DNA of 64,000 nucleotides from Macrostomum lignano (taxonomy: Eukaryota): the NCBI GenBank assembly GCA_002269645.1, contig NIVC01000038.1, positions 620,001 to 684,000 of the forward strand. Direction: 5' to 3'. Of the stretch, positions 12,466 to 24,178 are shown piece after piece. Below the pieces are notes generated by a model. That model did not search any database. It saw only the letters and a list, made by a program, of their open reading frames with translations, and was not told the origin of the DNA. Each line of letters begins with the position of its first letter. Position 1 is the stretch's first letter. A program made the position numbers and the translations under genes.

Positions 12466-12483
12466 CATCAATGCGGCACTCAC

Positions 12484-13122
12484 AGTGGTCTCCTCCTGCT
12501 GAGTCCACAGCAGCGGCCTATTAACATTGATACCACGCAGCGAATCGTTATACTTGAGCACAGTTGACAGAGCAATCACGGCATTAATTTTCAAATCGCA
12601 ATCGCCGAGATCTAGAAACTCCAACGTAGCATTAACCTGCAGCGCCTCAGCAAACAGCATCCCACCAGCATCATTGATTTTATTGCCAGCCAAATTCAGC
12701 TCCAACAAGGTCTGGTTGGTGTGCAAAGATTTAGCAATAGCCTTGGCGCCGGCCTCTCCAACATTGTTGCACATCAGGTTGAGCATGGTAATAGTTTTAT
12801 TACTACTCAACATATCGGCAATGGCTTCGGCACCAGAGTCTCCAATGGAATTATAACGCAGATCCACGCAGACAAAAATGGTGCTGGAACGCAGAGTCCG
12901 GCACAGCACTGCAGCATCGGCATCAACCAGACGAATATTTCTAGTATTCGACAGCTTATTATTGGCGCACAATTTCAAATCGAATGTTTCAACATCGTCA
13001 TCAAATGCAGATTCATCTTTGAGACGTTGGAGCACGTCGAGAACGAACGCATTGGCAGATAATTGGCTGGCTTTGCAATTCTCAATATAGCTGACAACTG
13101 TGTCATATATTGTTTCAGCCAT
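12484..13122 (-). CDS. LRRC34: Leucine-rich repeat-containing protein 34, exon 1
   Basis: ATG at 13122 (the ORF-track start at 13125 is GTG). Donor ACT|gtgagt, phase 0. Motifs LEFLDLGDCDL and NRPLLWTQQEETT|VH match recalled LRRC34 LDLGDCDL and NRPILYSEQEESTVH. Total protein 418 aa. Confidence 0.92.
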
Positions 13123-13396
13123 CACTGCGCTTGCATGATAAAAATGGGATTATTTTTTAAGTCATTTCTCTGGTGTCTGTCTGTGACTCTGTGTGCATGA
13201 ATGCATCTGGCAAGTTGTCTGATAATGTTGATTTAAGTGCAAAATGGTGCACTTCTTGCCTCGAATAAAAAAACAAATAATTCTATCAATACAATGCAAA
13301 TAAAATTACTTGAAGACATTAAGGTCAAGCTATCCAAGAATCATACTGCAAGGTCAAGATTATTGGGATTCATACACATCTAAAATCTAGCTAACC

Positions 13397-13945
13397 CAGG
13401 GATCGGCAAACTTTTTTACCTCAAGGGCTGGATAAAGAATCCAGTTCAAAGCTACAGGCCAGATGAGAGAAGAAAAGAGAGGGGAATAGAAGAGATAAAA
13501 AACAAAACAAGATGAGATAACAGGGGAGAGACGAGAGAAGGGAGAGTAGAGAGAGGAGAGAGAGGAGAGAGGGGAGAAAGGGGAGAAAAGAGAGGGGAAA
13601 GAGGAGAGAGAAGAAAAGAGAGGGGAGAGTGGAGAGGGAGATAGAGGGGAGAGGAGAGGGGGAAAGGAGAGAGAGGAGAGAGGAAAGGGAGATAGAGGGG
13701 AGAGGAGAGGGAGATGGGAGATAGATGGGAGAGAGGAGAGAGGGGGAGAAGAGTGAGGGGAGTAAGGAAAGGGGGAGAAGAAATGGGATAGAAGAGAGGA
13801 AAGTGGAGAGGGGGCAGAGGGGATAAGAAAGAGTAGAGAAAAGACTAACATTGAGTGGGCTAGATTTTTGTTGTGAGCCCAAGGGCCGGATAGAGAGGCT
13901 TTACAAGCTATATGTAGCTGGCAGGCCAGAGTTTGCCAACTCCTA
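13397..13945. mobile_element. hAT/Charlie-type MITE with an internal GA-rich low-complexity expansion
   Basis: Ends CAGGGATCGGCAAAC ... GTTTGCCAACTCCTA resemble Charlie CAGGGGTCGGCAAAC TIRs. Imperfect 8-bp TSD AGCTAACC/AATTAACC. Purine tract at ~13455-13850. Confidence 0.65.
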
Positions 13946-14156
13946 AATTAACCTAACTAATGTAACTACAAGGGTATCTAAAAAGTTTTTTAGACTCAAC
14001 CATTTTACCATTTGCTTGAAAAGATTGGAGTCCAAAAACATTTTAAGTACCCTCATTCATACTTGTATTACATGGAGAATCCTATGCAATTTGGCATTAA
14101 AACAAAAAATGGTGAAATTTGGTGCAAAATCAAAAAGTTTTAACAAGACAATATCT

Positions 14157-14584
14157 GGCAATCTTCTAGTTTTGCACGTTTAATTATTTTAAAGCATTTT
14201 AAATTATTTTCAGCAAAGCAGGTACTCGCATTATCACTGACCAGTGGCAAGCATACAACCAACTGCCCAATCATTTGACAATGAACCACCGGCTACATTT
14301 TGTGGACCCTAACCACCCAGAAGTCCACATGAACACAGTGGAGGGCACATGGGCCCACGCTAAGGCCCATTTCAGGGCCATGCATGGCACGTCCAAGGCC
14401 CTGTTTGACACCCACTTGGACGAATTTCTCTGGCATCGCTGCCACCCGCGCAACACCTTTGGGAACATCCTTTTCTGGGTGGCGCACTATTATGCTGTCT
14501 AAGGCATAAAACATAAAACAAAACTGTCATTAACTGTCATTTTAAAAACAGTTTGAATTAAACGTGCGAAACTAGAAGATTGCC
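14157..14584 (+). mobile_element. Non-autonomous Merlin (IS1595/IS1016-like) DNA transposon, 428 bp
   Basis: 29-bp TIRs GGCAATCTTCTAGTTT(T/C)GCACGTTTAATT and a perfect 8-bp TSD CAATATCT (14149-14156, 14585-14592). Confidence 0.92.
14214..14502 (+). pseudogene. C-terminal exon of a Merlin DDE transposase
   Basis: Acceptor ttttcag|C, then KAGTRIITDQWQAYNQL...TMNHRLHFVDP...HMNTVEGTWAHAK...HLDEFLWHR, the ISXO2/IS1595 signature. The N-terminal part is missing. Confidence 0.85.
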
Positions 14585-14851
14585 CAATATCTTCACAGAT
14601 AGAAAAGTAGCACTTTTTGTTTTTAGGTATATTGATGGCTTCTTTAATTAAAATATGTTAATTAACATTGTATTTTTTATAAAACAGATTCAAATATAGG
14701 CTAAAGTTTTACAAATATAAGTATTTTTCAAATTAAAAAATATAGATTATTGTGTTTTGTTTTTTATGACAAAAGTTTTAGCACATAGTGCAAGCAAACT
14801 TATTTTATGGGAATAATTCTGGCACATAGCACAATAAAACATTTTGGATAG

Positions 14852-16538
14852 GGGTTATTCCATGATAGGGTCATCAAAGGTATAGAAATTTTTTTAAAAA
14901 TTATTTGCAAATGTGAATATTTCATTTTGCATATAATTATGTATAGTTTCATTTTTATGTAGTTTCATACACATTTATCTACCTCTAGGTATATATATTT
15001 TGTTTTGATCATGGTACCCTTGCAAGATTTTAAATGTCCCGCGGGACATTATAAAAAGTTTAATCTAGTTTTCAATAAGAAAAAAAGTTAATAAACATAA
15101 TGCATCAAGTGCATAAATAATAAAAATCTTTCTTTCTTATATCTAAAGACTGAAATTATAAAGTTATATGATCTAATATAGTTCTATCTATCATAATTTT
15201 TTATTTTAAAAAGTTTGACTTTCCTTTTTTAAGTGTTAAAAACGACCATCATTTTTTTTTACAAAAAGTTGTTGTACTAATTTTCAAGAGGTTTAAAAGT
15301 TGGTAATTTTTTGCTAAAATATTTTCTGAGCCTATATTTAAGTTTATAGTCATTTTTGTTAGTTTATGATAAGTGTATCATGCTAAAAAAACCCTGCAAA
15401 GTTACCTAACGACCATCATTTTCTAGTATTCTGAAATTTGTTGATCTTTATAAAACCTGAATTACTATCATTTATTCCTAAATTTTATACAAAAAACTGA
15501 ATTTACTGATATTCTAAAATCATGTCTTTTTTTAATGTGAATTACTTATTCAATTTCTCTTTCAAAGTTTTTACAGTTTTGATTGTAAAGAAAAATATAG
15601 TGGAATTCAAGTCTTTTATTAAAAATGTATACTGTCAATTACTTGTTTGATACCTTAAAATCATTTTCAACCTGCACTATTAAAAAGGTTGTTCCAATTA
15701 CTAACCATGCACCTAGAACTCTCCACTTTAGTTTGCAATGCACCTTAACACATGCCCCAATCTTCAGTATAAGTAGTCTAACTAGACTCAAGTTTTTACT
15801 ATCCATTGGTGCTACTGCTTATTGCCTAACAAATAATCTGTATTTGCCTTTGGTTTTGTTAATTGTTATATTCTATTCTTTGAATTCTTGAATAGATTAG
15901 GACTGTCCATCTTTATGATCATATGTTGAGTTGTGCAATCATGAAGTGATGTTTTTGTTGAAGGTGCATAAGTATGTTTGATCTGAAATGTGAAACAGGT
16001 ATAATAAATTTTATGGTTAGACAAGCAAGTTATAGTTTTTATATGAACAACTATGGATTATAAACAATCTTTTAACCAAGATTGTATCTAAAAATAGAGC
16101 ATCCTAATACGCTTTTAAAAACTGAAGGTCATTTTTTGAAACAAACGACCGTCAGTCAACGACCATCATTTAAGAAAAAATGTGCAACACAGTTCAAGTT
16201 ATCTACTAAAATGTAATAATTGTTTGTAACCATTCATCTAGCTATTGTTTACTACAATTAATGATCAATTGAGACAAAAACTTGCCTGATTCGCAGGAAT
16301 CTTAAACTTAAGTTATAAAGTTGGATACATAAACTTTCACCAAAAACGACCGTCATCGAAAGTTTCTCTCTGCTAAATCAACACAGTAAGACAAATGACT
16401 TTAAAATGTATCTCATCTCAATCTAGAGGTCACGCCCAAAAATATAGAACTCACAAAGTCTCAATTTAGTTTGTCTTTTGTATGATTACTGATTATTTTT
16501 TGCTCCAACCCAACGACCGTCATCTTGTGGAATTACCC
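14852..16538. mobile_element. Non-autonomous DNA element, Sola2-like by its termini
   Basis: Termini GGGTTATTCCA ... TGGAATTACCC with 4-bp TSD ATAG on both sides. The motif AACGACCRTC recurs six times inside. Superfamily assignment is inference. Confidence 0.5.
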
Positions 16539-16689
16539 ATAGGATTTTTTCTAGCATAGGTATGCCATGTCATAGTCTAGATTATACTAGGTATGTGTAA
16601 ACAAAAATTAAAGGGTTACAAATGTATGCCAAAATATGTGCATGCCTATATAGGCCCCCCCTACTCTGAATTCTATACTACAACTACAG

Positions 16690-16815
16690 CAATAAATGAC
16701 CTTTTTTGCATTATAACAATAAATGACCTTTTTTGCATTATAACAATAAATGACCCTTTTTGCATTATAACAAAAAGTGACCCTTTTGCATTATAACAAT
16801 AAATGACCTTTTTGC
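16690..16815. repeat. ~27-bp tandem repeat, about 4.5 copies
   Basis: CAATAAATGACCTTTTTTGCATTATAA units. Confidence 0.85.
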
Positions 16816-19800
16816 TAGTGTTCCGCCATAGCCATAGCTACAGCTATGGGATCCCATGGCAAATATGGTAAAATAGGTGCCTATGGCAACTATGGATACA
16901 CCTATGGTAGCTAGCTGCTCTTATGGCTATGACTAGGGGCCTTGGAAATATGGTAATTGCTATCACATTTTGTAGATTGCTGTAGCTGTAGTTATTAATT
17001 TAAAAAACTGAAAAAATATTAGAAATAGGTAGAGTAAGTGAGGCAGGCAATTCTTCTTTATTCTTTATTCTATTAGTCTGTTTTATTCATCGAAACTATG
17101 TCATTCAAATTCGCGCGAAAAAACTGAGAAACATATTTTGTTTTAATACTCGTATTTTCTATATTATTTTGCGCTAACGAATTTTTGTTTAAAACTGTAG
17201 CAAATTTTATTATAAATAGAAGCGATTTCAGCGGAGGAGAAGACAACCTCGCGCATCGCGGTTCCGCAATAAGTGATTGATAGCGAATAGTAAGAGTTCC
17301 GAGAAAATAAGAATTGAAGAAGTGCTTTCTGTGTTAATTCCTTTTACGAAGTAAGAGTGAAATAGACTGAAGCGTATACAGTACATACTATTAAGAAGCA
17401 GCAGTATTGAGTAGTAAGAGAATACGAAGTAGATCTGAAGTGATCCGTGTAAGAATAACCGGAGGCTGTAACCCTCTGATCTCGGTAACGCCCAAGGACT
17501 TGCAAAGTACATGGAATAATACCAGTATAGCCAATAGACCAGTCAGGCCAAAAGTACAGTAAACGCTACCGGAATCAGAATAAACGCTACCAGAATAACA
17601 AAGAAATAATACTTATAAGGGCTAATAGTTTCCAAGAATAATATCCAAGAATAATTCCAAGAATAATACTCAGACTAAATACTCAGACTAAACTAAGATA
17701 TATACTCAGATCAATTCTAAGAAACGTTTCTCGGATTATTCTAAGATTGATAAACTCATAATTTATTAATAGGATAATCCTGGTGGCAGCAACTTAACAA
17801 GAACACTTAAAGATTAGTGTAGGAAGTTAGTAGCCCTAGCACAGCTTGGTGGCAATTAGTGGGATAGTTGGAGGACAAAAGTAACCCCTACGACAACTTT
17901 AATTGGTGACATAACGGTGGGATAATTTCAGTAAGAGGAAACACGCCTGTAACATAAGTAAAACAAAGATACTTTAGTAAACTATATTATCAATTGAGAA
18001 ACTTATAGGATATACCAATTAAAGTACAATAAAACACTAGCTAACTCTAATTTTTATTAATGTGAAAAAATACAACATTAGTAGGGTACTTGATTAGCAA
18101 TTACCAGTAAGTATTGTTGCTCCGTAAAAAGATGAAATATAATCTTACAAAGGCAATTGAGTGTTTCCTTTTTAAATTAATTCACAGTTGTTTAAGCACC
18201 AGGTTATCTTCTTGGTTTAAAATATTTTGTTTTCTAGACTTTTTGTTAAAACTGGCTATGGCTACAGGAACAATGGGAATATGGTAATATTGGGTCCCTA
18301 TGGCTACAGAATACATAGAATTAGAACAAGCCATAGATTTGCTTATGGCTACGGCTGGTCGGCTATAGTATATGGATCTTCCTTACAGTGGAATACTACT
18401 TTTTGCATGGCATCAAAGACCCTTGTAATCTGATAATTTAGTTGATTATTTAGTTTTCTGTTTATACTATTTATTGTGAAAAGTCTATATGCATGAACAT
18501 TTGTTTAAATGGTATTATTATAAGCTTAAAAACTGGAAAGCTAGAAATTTATACTTATATAAGTGTAGTGAGTCGCTAGTTTAGTTAGGCGCCGCACTAG
18601 TCAGCTGTCTCCCTCGCCCTCGCCCCAGGCTTCTGTCTGCCGCTGGGCAGTTGTCTGTCCCTCCCGCCTGTCCTCTGGCCTGTCCTTTGCCCGTTTGCCT
18701 GTCTGTCTGTTTGTCCTCGTTTGTCCCCTTCTGTTTCGTGTTCCCTTTTTTTGCAGTGCCCAGACAGCTTGGTCTGGCCTGTCTCTGTTTCGTTCTCTGT
18801 TTACCTCTCCAAATTTGGAGTGCTGTTATGTTTTCCGGTCTCACGGTCATGAGTGCCTTCACTTGTGGGCCTTTTTCCTTCTTTAGTCCAAAGTGCAATG
18901 ATTTCATCATTGTACGCTGGGCTCGTGTTTATGAGGGAGATCACGCGTGCCAGGACCCCCTGCCTTCTCTGAGGCAGGGGCCCGCTTGTTGTTGTTAAAT
19001 TTAGCATCAGAGTCAGAGGTGACTCTCGGCGGGGGTCTTTCGTGCTATGGTACAATCGATTCTCCCTATAAATGCAGCCCCTCTCATGGCTTGGCTCAGA
19101 CAAGCGTTTTGCGTTTTCCGTTTTCCGCGTAGCGTTTCTCCTCATCCAGCGAATCTTCTAAGTGTTTTTGTCAAAGTTTGTGCTTAAGTTTAACTCCAAG
19201 ACTCCCAACTTTGCGCGTGCCTGCTTCCGTTGCTCCTGCTATCAATTAAAAAGCCAGCTCAGATCGCCCGGAGCTAGCACTTTCGCTCTCACCCCGCACC
19301 AGCCCGGCAGGGACGGCTGACGGTGGGCACCTTTGCGCGAGAACTGCTAAATCTGCACGAAGTGTGAGTCTCTCTCTCTTGTCTTATTCATTTGCTTCTA
19401 CGAGCTCAGCACCTCACCGAAGGCTGCAACTCTGCGAAGCTGGTGGCAGCACTACCAACGCTACTAGATCAACCCGGAGACTTCCCAGAAGAGCTCAAGG
19501 TAGGCAGCTCACCTGACTGATTGGGAAGTAGCGACAAGAAACCAACCAAGTACTTTACTGGTGGCAGCGGTGGGACCTGCACAAAGACCTGCCAGGCCAC
19601 CTCTAGACGCTATCGAGGAAAGTACAAGCAACCACTTCACTGGTGACTCGGCGGTGGGATCCGACAAGTCAGGGATTCGAGCGACAAGTCAAGGATCCGA
19701 CTTCGAAACACCCAAGCCAATCGCTCTTTCGAGTAAGAATTCGGCTATTCTACTAATTTGAAATGTTTAACGAGAGAGAAGAGAGCCGGTGCAGCAGCCG

Positions 19801-19887
19801 GTTGAGTCCGCATGAGCATATCAGCAGTTCAAGGCCTGCAGCAGCGGCTGCCGCAGCAGCAGCAGCAGTCAAGCAGATGGTCAGCAG

Positions 19888-20510
19888 ATGCCACGGCGAA
19901 ATTCGAGAGGTGAGGCATCCGAAGACCCGCCAGACGAGCTTCTGCCAGGTTTGGACGACCTCGGCCAGAACATCAGGCCCCAGGATGTGAGAACGATGAT
20001 GGCAGCTCCGCAGCAGCAGATGGAGCGGCCGGTAAGCAAGTCTGTTAAGATTGTAAAGTACACGCCCAGCCAGGACATCCACGTCTGGCTCGCCGCGTTT
20101 GAGCAACACTGCGAGATGGAGCGTATTGAAGATCCGATCGAGATGAAGCAGCACCTCGTTGCGAGTCTGGATCTGGCAACTTCTTATCCGGCTCTGCTGA
20201 GTATGCACTTCCCACGCTATGCTGGCTACGAGGAGGTCAAGCAGCAATTGATCGAGAGATTTGCCCGCCATGGTAGCGCTGATGAATATCGAGAGCTGCT
20301 GAGGCGCCGTCAGCAAGGCAAGAACGAGTCAGCAGAAGAGTACGCTGATGCCCTGCGCACCTTAGGAGAGCAAGCGTACCCTCGAATGCACCCTGAATAT
20401 CGAGAGCGAGAGCTGGCTGATCAGTTCTTAGCTGGCATCAGGACACCAGATCTGCGCGAGCGGCTCTATTGGGTCCGCCCAAACAATCTGTTGGCCGCTA
20501 TTCGAGCCTG
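19888..20510 (+). pseudogene. Gypsy gag (Retrotrans_gag-like), fused by deletion to the end of RT
   Basis: YTPSQDIHVWLAAFE...YEEVKQQLIERF...RQQGKNESAEEYADALRTLGEQAYP...QFLAGIRTPDLRERL. Confidence 0.8.
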
Positions 20511-22247
20511 TGCCACAGTCCGTTACTCAACTGAGACAATTCCTAGGCCTCGCCAATTACTACCACAAGTTTGTCAACGGCTATGCTGGAGTTGCTGCGC
20601 CGTTGCATGCCCTGACTCGAAAGGACATCGGCAGCCTGTGGCAGCATTGGACTGATTAGCACCAGGTAGCGTTCGACACGTTGAAGAAGAAGTTGTGTTC
20701 GACTGAAGTTCTCGCTCTGCCCGAGTTTAACTCAGATCCTGATGTGAAGTTTGTCCTAGACACTGATGCCTCAGACATTCGCATAGGCGCTTGTCTTGGA
20801 CAACGGCAATCCGACGGCGTCGAGCGCCCAATTGCATTCTTTAGCCGGAAACTTCGTGATCCTGAGAAGCGCTACACGGTTACGAAGAAAGAGCTGCTTG
20901 CAATCGTGGACGCTAGCGACATTTCCGTCATTATTTAATCGGCAAGAAGTTTGAAGTTCGTTCCGACCATTGGGCCTTGCTGTGGTTGCTGAACCAGACG
21001 CAGGTCACAGGCATCTTGGGCCGTTGGATTGAGCGACTGAGCGAGTTCCGCTTCCAGCTTCACCATCGCAAAGGCAATCACCACGCCAACGCTGACGCCC
21101 TGTCAAGACGCCCGGAGACACCACCGGTTGACTTCAGACATGGCCGACTGCTGGAGCACCCCGGTTCTGCAGCCCGACACGGTGATGACACCAGCCTGGA
21201 GCCGGACTTGGACACCACACGTGAGGCCACTGCGAGAGCAGCCAGCACGAAGAAGGTTCACACTCGCAACAAGGAGGCCGAAACTGCCCTGGCCAAAGAC
21301 CTGGAGGCCACTGCGCCAGCAGCCCTTCAGCACGACGACCATTGCTGCAGTCAACGCCTGGAGACCGGTTTGGACAGCAACCCGGAGGCCACTGATACCT
21401 CAGCCCTCCGCAGAGATGCCCACGCCGGTTGCCGTTACTTGGAGATTCGCCCAGACAAGACCTCGGAGGCCACTGCTGACGTAGACCTCCGTGATGATGT
21501 CCAAGACTGCGGATCTCGGAACCTGGAGACGTCCATGGACCACGACTCAGAGGCCACTGAACAAGCAGCCCTCCTGATGACGGCCCACAACGCAGATCCA
21601 GAGCAGCAATGTAAGTTCAACCCCCGGAGTTTTGCGCTGAGAGTTCTCGCCGTGTTGACAGAGGCCAGACTCTCGCGACGGCTGCAAGGTCAACGCTCTG
21701 TCCCCCGAGCCGATAGACAGCTGCTCATCGCCTGTGCGGAAAGTCGAGTCCCCCGTTGCAACACCGCCCGGTGCTGGAAAAGACTCACCCAATGACGATG
21801 ATGATCGAGCCGACAGCTACGGCTGCCTGTGAGGAGGCGTGCTTCACGTGTTGCGTCTCGCCCTACAGCCAAGAGTCGCCTGGGCTGTGCAGTGGAGGCA
21901 AGTGCACTGCTCCAGCTGCAGAAATTCCTGTCAAGAGAGCGATGATGAGAACTTCGAAACGAGATCAGCGATCGTACGCCGACGTCGTGAGACAAAGTCC
22001 CTCGGAGCGACCTAATCCTGACGCCGACATGACGGAGTCGCGTGATCAACTGCGACCCAAAGAAGCGGAGACTGCGGGAGTCATGAACCCTCAGCCATGC
22101 CGCGCCGTGCTCACTTATTTTCTGAGGTTGCCGATGACGCGGCAACAGTTTGTCGACGCGCAGTGCACCAACCAAGCTATAAGCTACGTGCTCAACTTGG
22201 TCGAGAACAAAGCCCCGAAGCCTAAGTTAAGCCTAAGCCTTGGCTGA
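20510..22247 (+). pseudogene. Gypsy pol remnant: RT C-terminus, RNase H, long repetitive tether
   Basis: PVPQSVTQLRQFLGLANYYHKFV; FVLDTDASD; KKELLAIV; VRSDH; HANADALSR. Stop near 20655 and frameshift near 20915. Confidence 0.88.
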
Positions 22248-23015
22248 AGCATGCGCGTCACTCGGGGACAATTTTGGCCACAGACAGTTTAAATTAAAGT
22301 TCTTCTGTGTCAATAGAAACGGACTTTGTTTGAAATGAATTTCTGCAAGCTCTGATATTTCTTAAAGTGTTTGAAGAAGCTTGTTTCTTTTGAATAAGAC
22401 TTTTTTTTCAAAATAGGAGGTAAAATGGTGTAGAACGGCTTTGCTCTGGTCAGTCTATTCCGTTGCGCTAGTAAAACCTGAGGCGCTTGAAATACTGTTC
22501 GACATCGAGGTAGCACATCGGCATCTCCCACAGTCAGAAATCGGGCCCGGAAAACATCGGAATGAAGATTTGGTGACTGCAGCATCGTCCAGCGAAGAAT
22601 TAAATGTTCCTTGTCACCATTTGTACTTTGTAGTAACGAAAACTAATATGTCGAGACGGAAAAGATAGAAGAGGCATCGTGTATTTTTATAGCAGCGAAG
22701 TAGCTGGCTGCTATAGTTAAACATAAAGAAAGATTCGCCATAGACCATGGAGTTAAAGTTCATACACAACACTCAGATTTGGATGGACAGAACAAGCAAG
22801 AGAGCTGAGAGTGCGGCTGCTGCAGCACTCAGTCAAACCCAATTTCAACCATCAAACTCACTTTCGAGCGGCTGCTGCCTGTCGGGCCTTTGGACTTCTG
22901 CAATGCATGTAAGATCTTTATTTACGCTTGTACCAATATTAGTCTCTGTTTCTGTTGTTTCGTTTAAATACTTTACTGAACAATTCGCGAACTTTGTGTA
23001 CCTCACCCTGCTCCA

Positions 23016-24178
23016 CTAGGATCCAGCAGATTCAGCAGCCTTTATGCAGCACTGATCTCCTTTTGTTTGGTCAGCGACTGTCAGTACGAGAAACTGGACG
23101 ACTTCCCACTCACGATTGCTCAAAGCAGATTTGACAACCTTGATGCAGCACGGATCTCTTTTTGTTTGGTCAGCGACTGTTTGGACAAGAAACTTGAAAA
23201 CTTTCCACTGACAGTTGCATGCAGCAGTTTCAGCTGCAGCGATGCAACACTGATCTTTGTTTGGTCAGCGACTCTCTGGACAAGAAACTCGAAGATTTCC
23301 CACTGACGGTAAAGTGCAGCAGTTTCAGCTGCCTTGACTTTCTGACCATTGCTCGCAGCAGATTTAGCAGCCTCGATGCAGCAGTGATCTCTTTTTGTTT
23401 GGTCAGCGACTGTTTGAATGAGAAACTGGACGACTTCCGACTCACCATTTTTCGCATCAGATTTAGCAGCCTCGATGCAGCAATGATCTCTTTCTGTTTC
23501 ATCAGCCACTTTGTTAACAAGAAACTTTACGACTTGTATCTGACCATTGCTTGCAGCAGATCTAGCAGCCTCGATGCAGCAGTGATCTCTTTTTGTTTGG
23601 CTAGTGACTTTGTCGACGAGAAACTCGACGACTTCCCATTCACGATTGCTTGCAGCAGATTTGGCAGCCTTGATGCAGAAGTAATATCTTTTTGTTTGGT
23701 CATGGACTGTGTCGAAGAGAAAATTTACGACTTCTAACTGACCAATATTTCCAGTATACTTCGCAGACTTGACGGAGAAGTCATCTCTTTTTGTATGGTC
23801 AGCGACTGTCGACACGAGAAACTTGACGACTTCCCAAACACGATTGGATGCTGCAAATTCGGCAGCATCGATGCAGCCCTGATCTCCGTTTGTCTGGTCA
23901 GCGACTGTGTGCACCAGAAACTCGAAGGCTTCCCACTGACCTTTAACTGTAGCAAATCTTGCAGCCTCGATGCAGCAGTCATCTCTTTTTTGTTTATCAA
24001 CGACACTAAGCGCAAGAAACTCGAGGGCTTCTAACTGCCCCTCGCTTGCAGCAAATACTGAATAGCTTTTGCAGAAGTTATATATGTCGTTTTCTGTTTG
24101 TTGAAAAGTCAGATAACCTCTGAGTACCTCGACATCTCCTTTTTTGGCAGCCTTGTCAGCAGTAATTTGTTGGCTCAT
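23016..24178 (-). pseudogene. Ankyrin-like 33-aa repeat protein (about 12 repeats), frameshifted near 23258
   Basis: Repeats CIEAAKSAASNGQWEVVEFLVxxVADQTKRDHC. A 4-nt deletion shifts the frame, the repeats resume in another frame and end at TAG 23016. The lesion could be an assembly error. Confidence 0.75.

Larger units (their letters stand above)
13969..18425. mobile_element. Possible AT-rich host DNA element containing the nested insertions
   Basis: Short termini TA|CAAGGGT ... ACCCTTG|TA. CTATGG(CTA)-rich subterminal-like repeats at ~16820-16960 and ~18250-18380. The TIR is only 7 bp, so the call is weak. Confidence 0.3.
18564..22250 (+). mobile_element. Defective Ty3/Gypsy LTR retrotransposon (5' LTR ~18564-19558, PBS, gag, deleted pol, 3'-truncated)
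   Basis: LTR-like start TGTAGTG. PBS TGGTGGCAGCGGTGGGA at 19559-19575 is complementary to the tRNA-Leu 3' end. Gag, RT-end and RNase H motifs follow. No integrase or 3' LTR. Confidence 0.85.

Noticed and set aside
13387-13882. Ser/Pro/Leu-rich ORFs
   Set aside because: They are translations of a GA-rich low-complexity tract inside a MITE.
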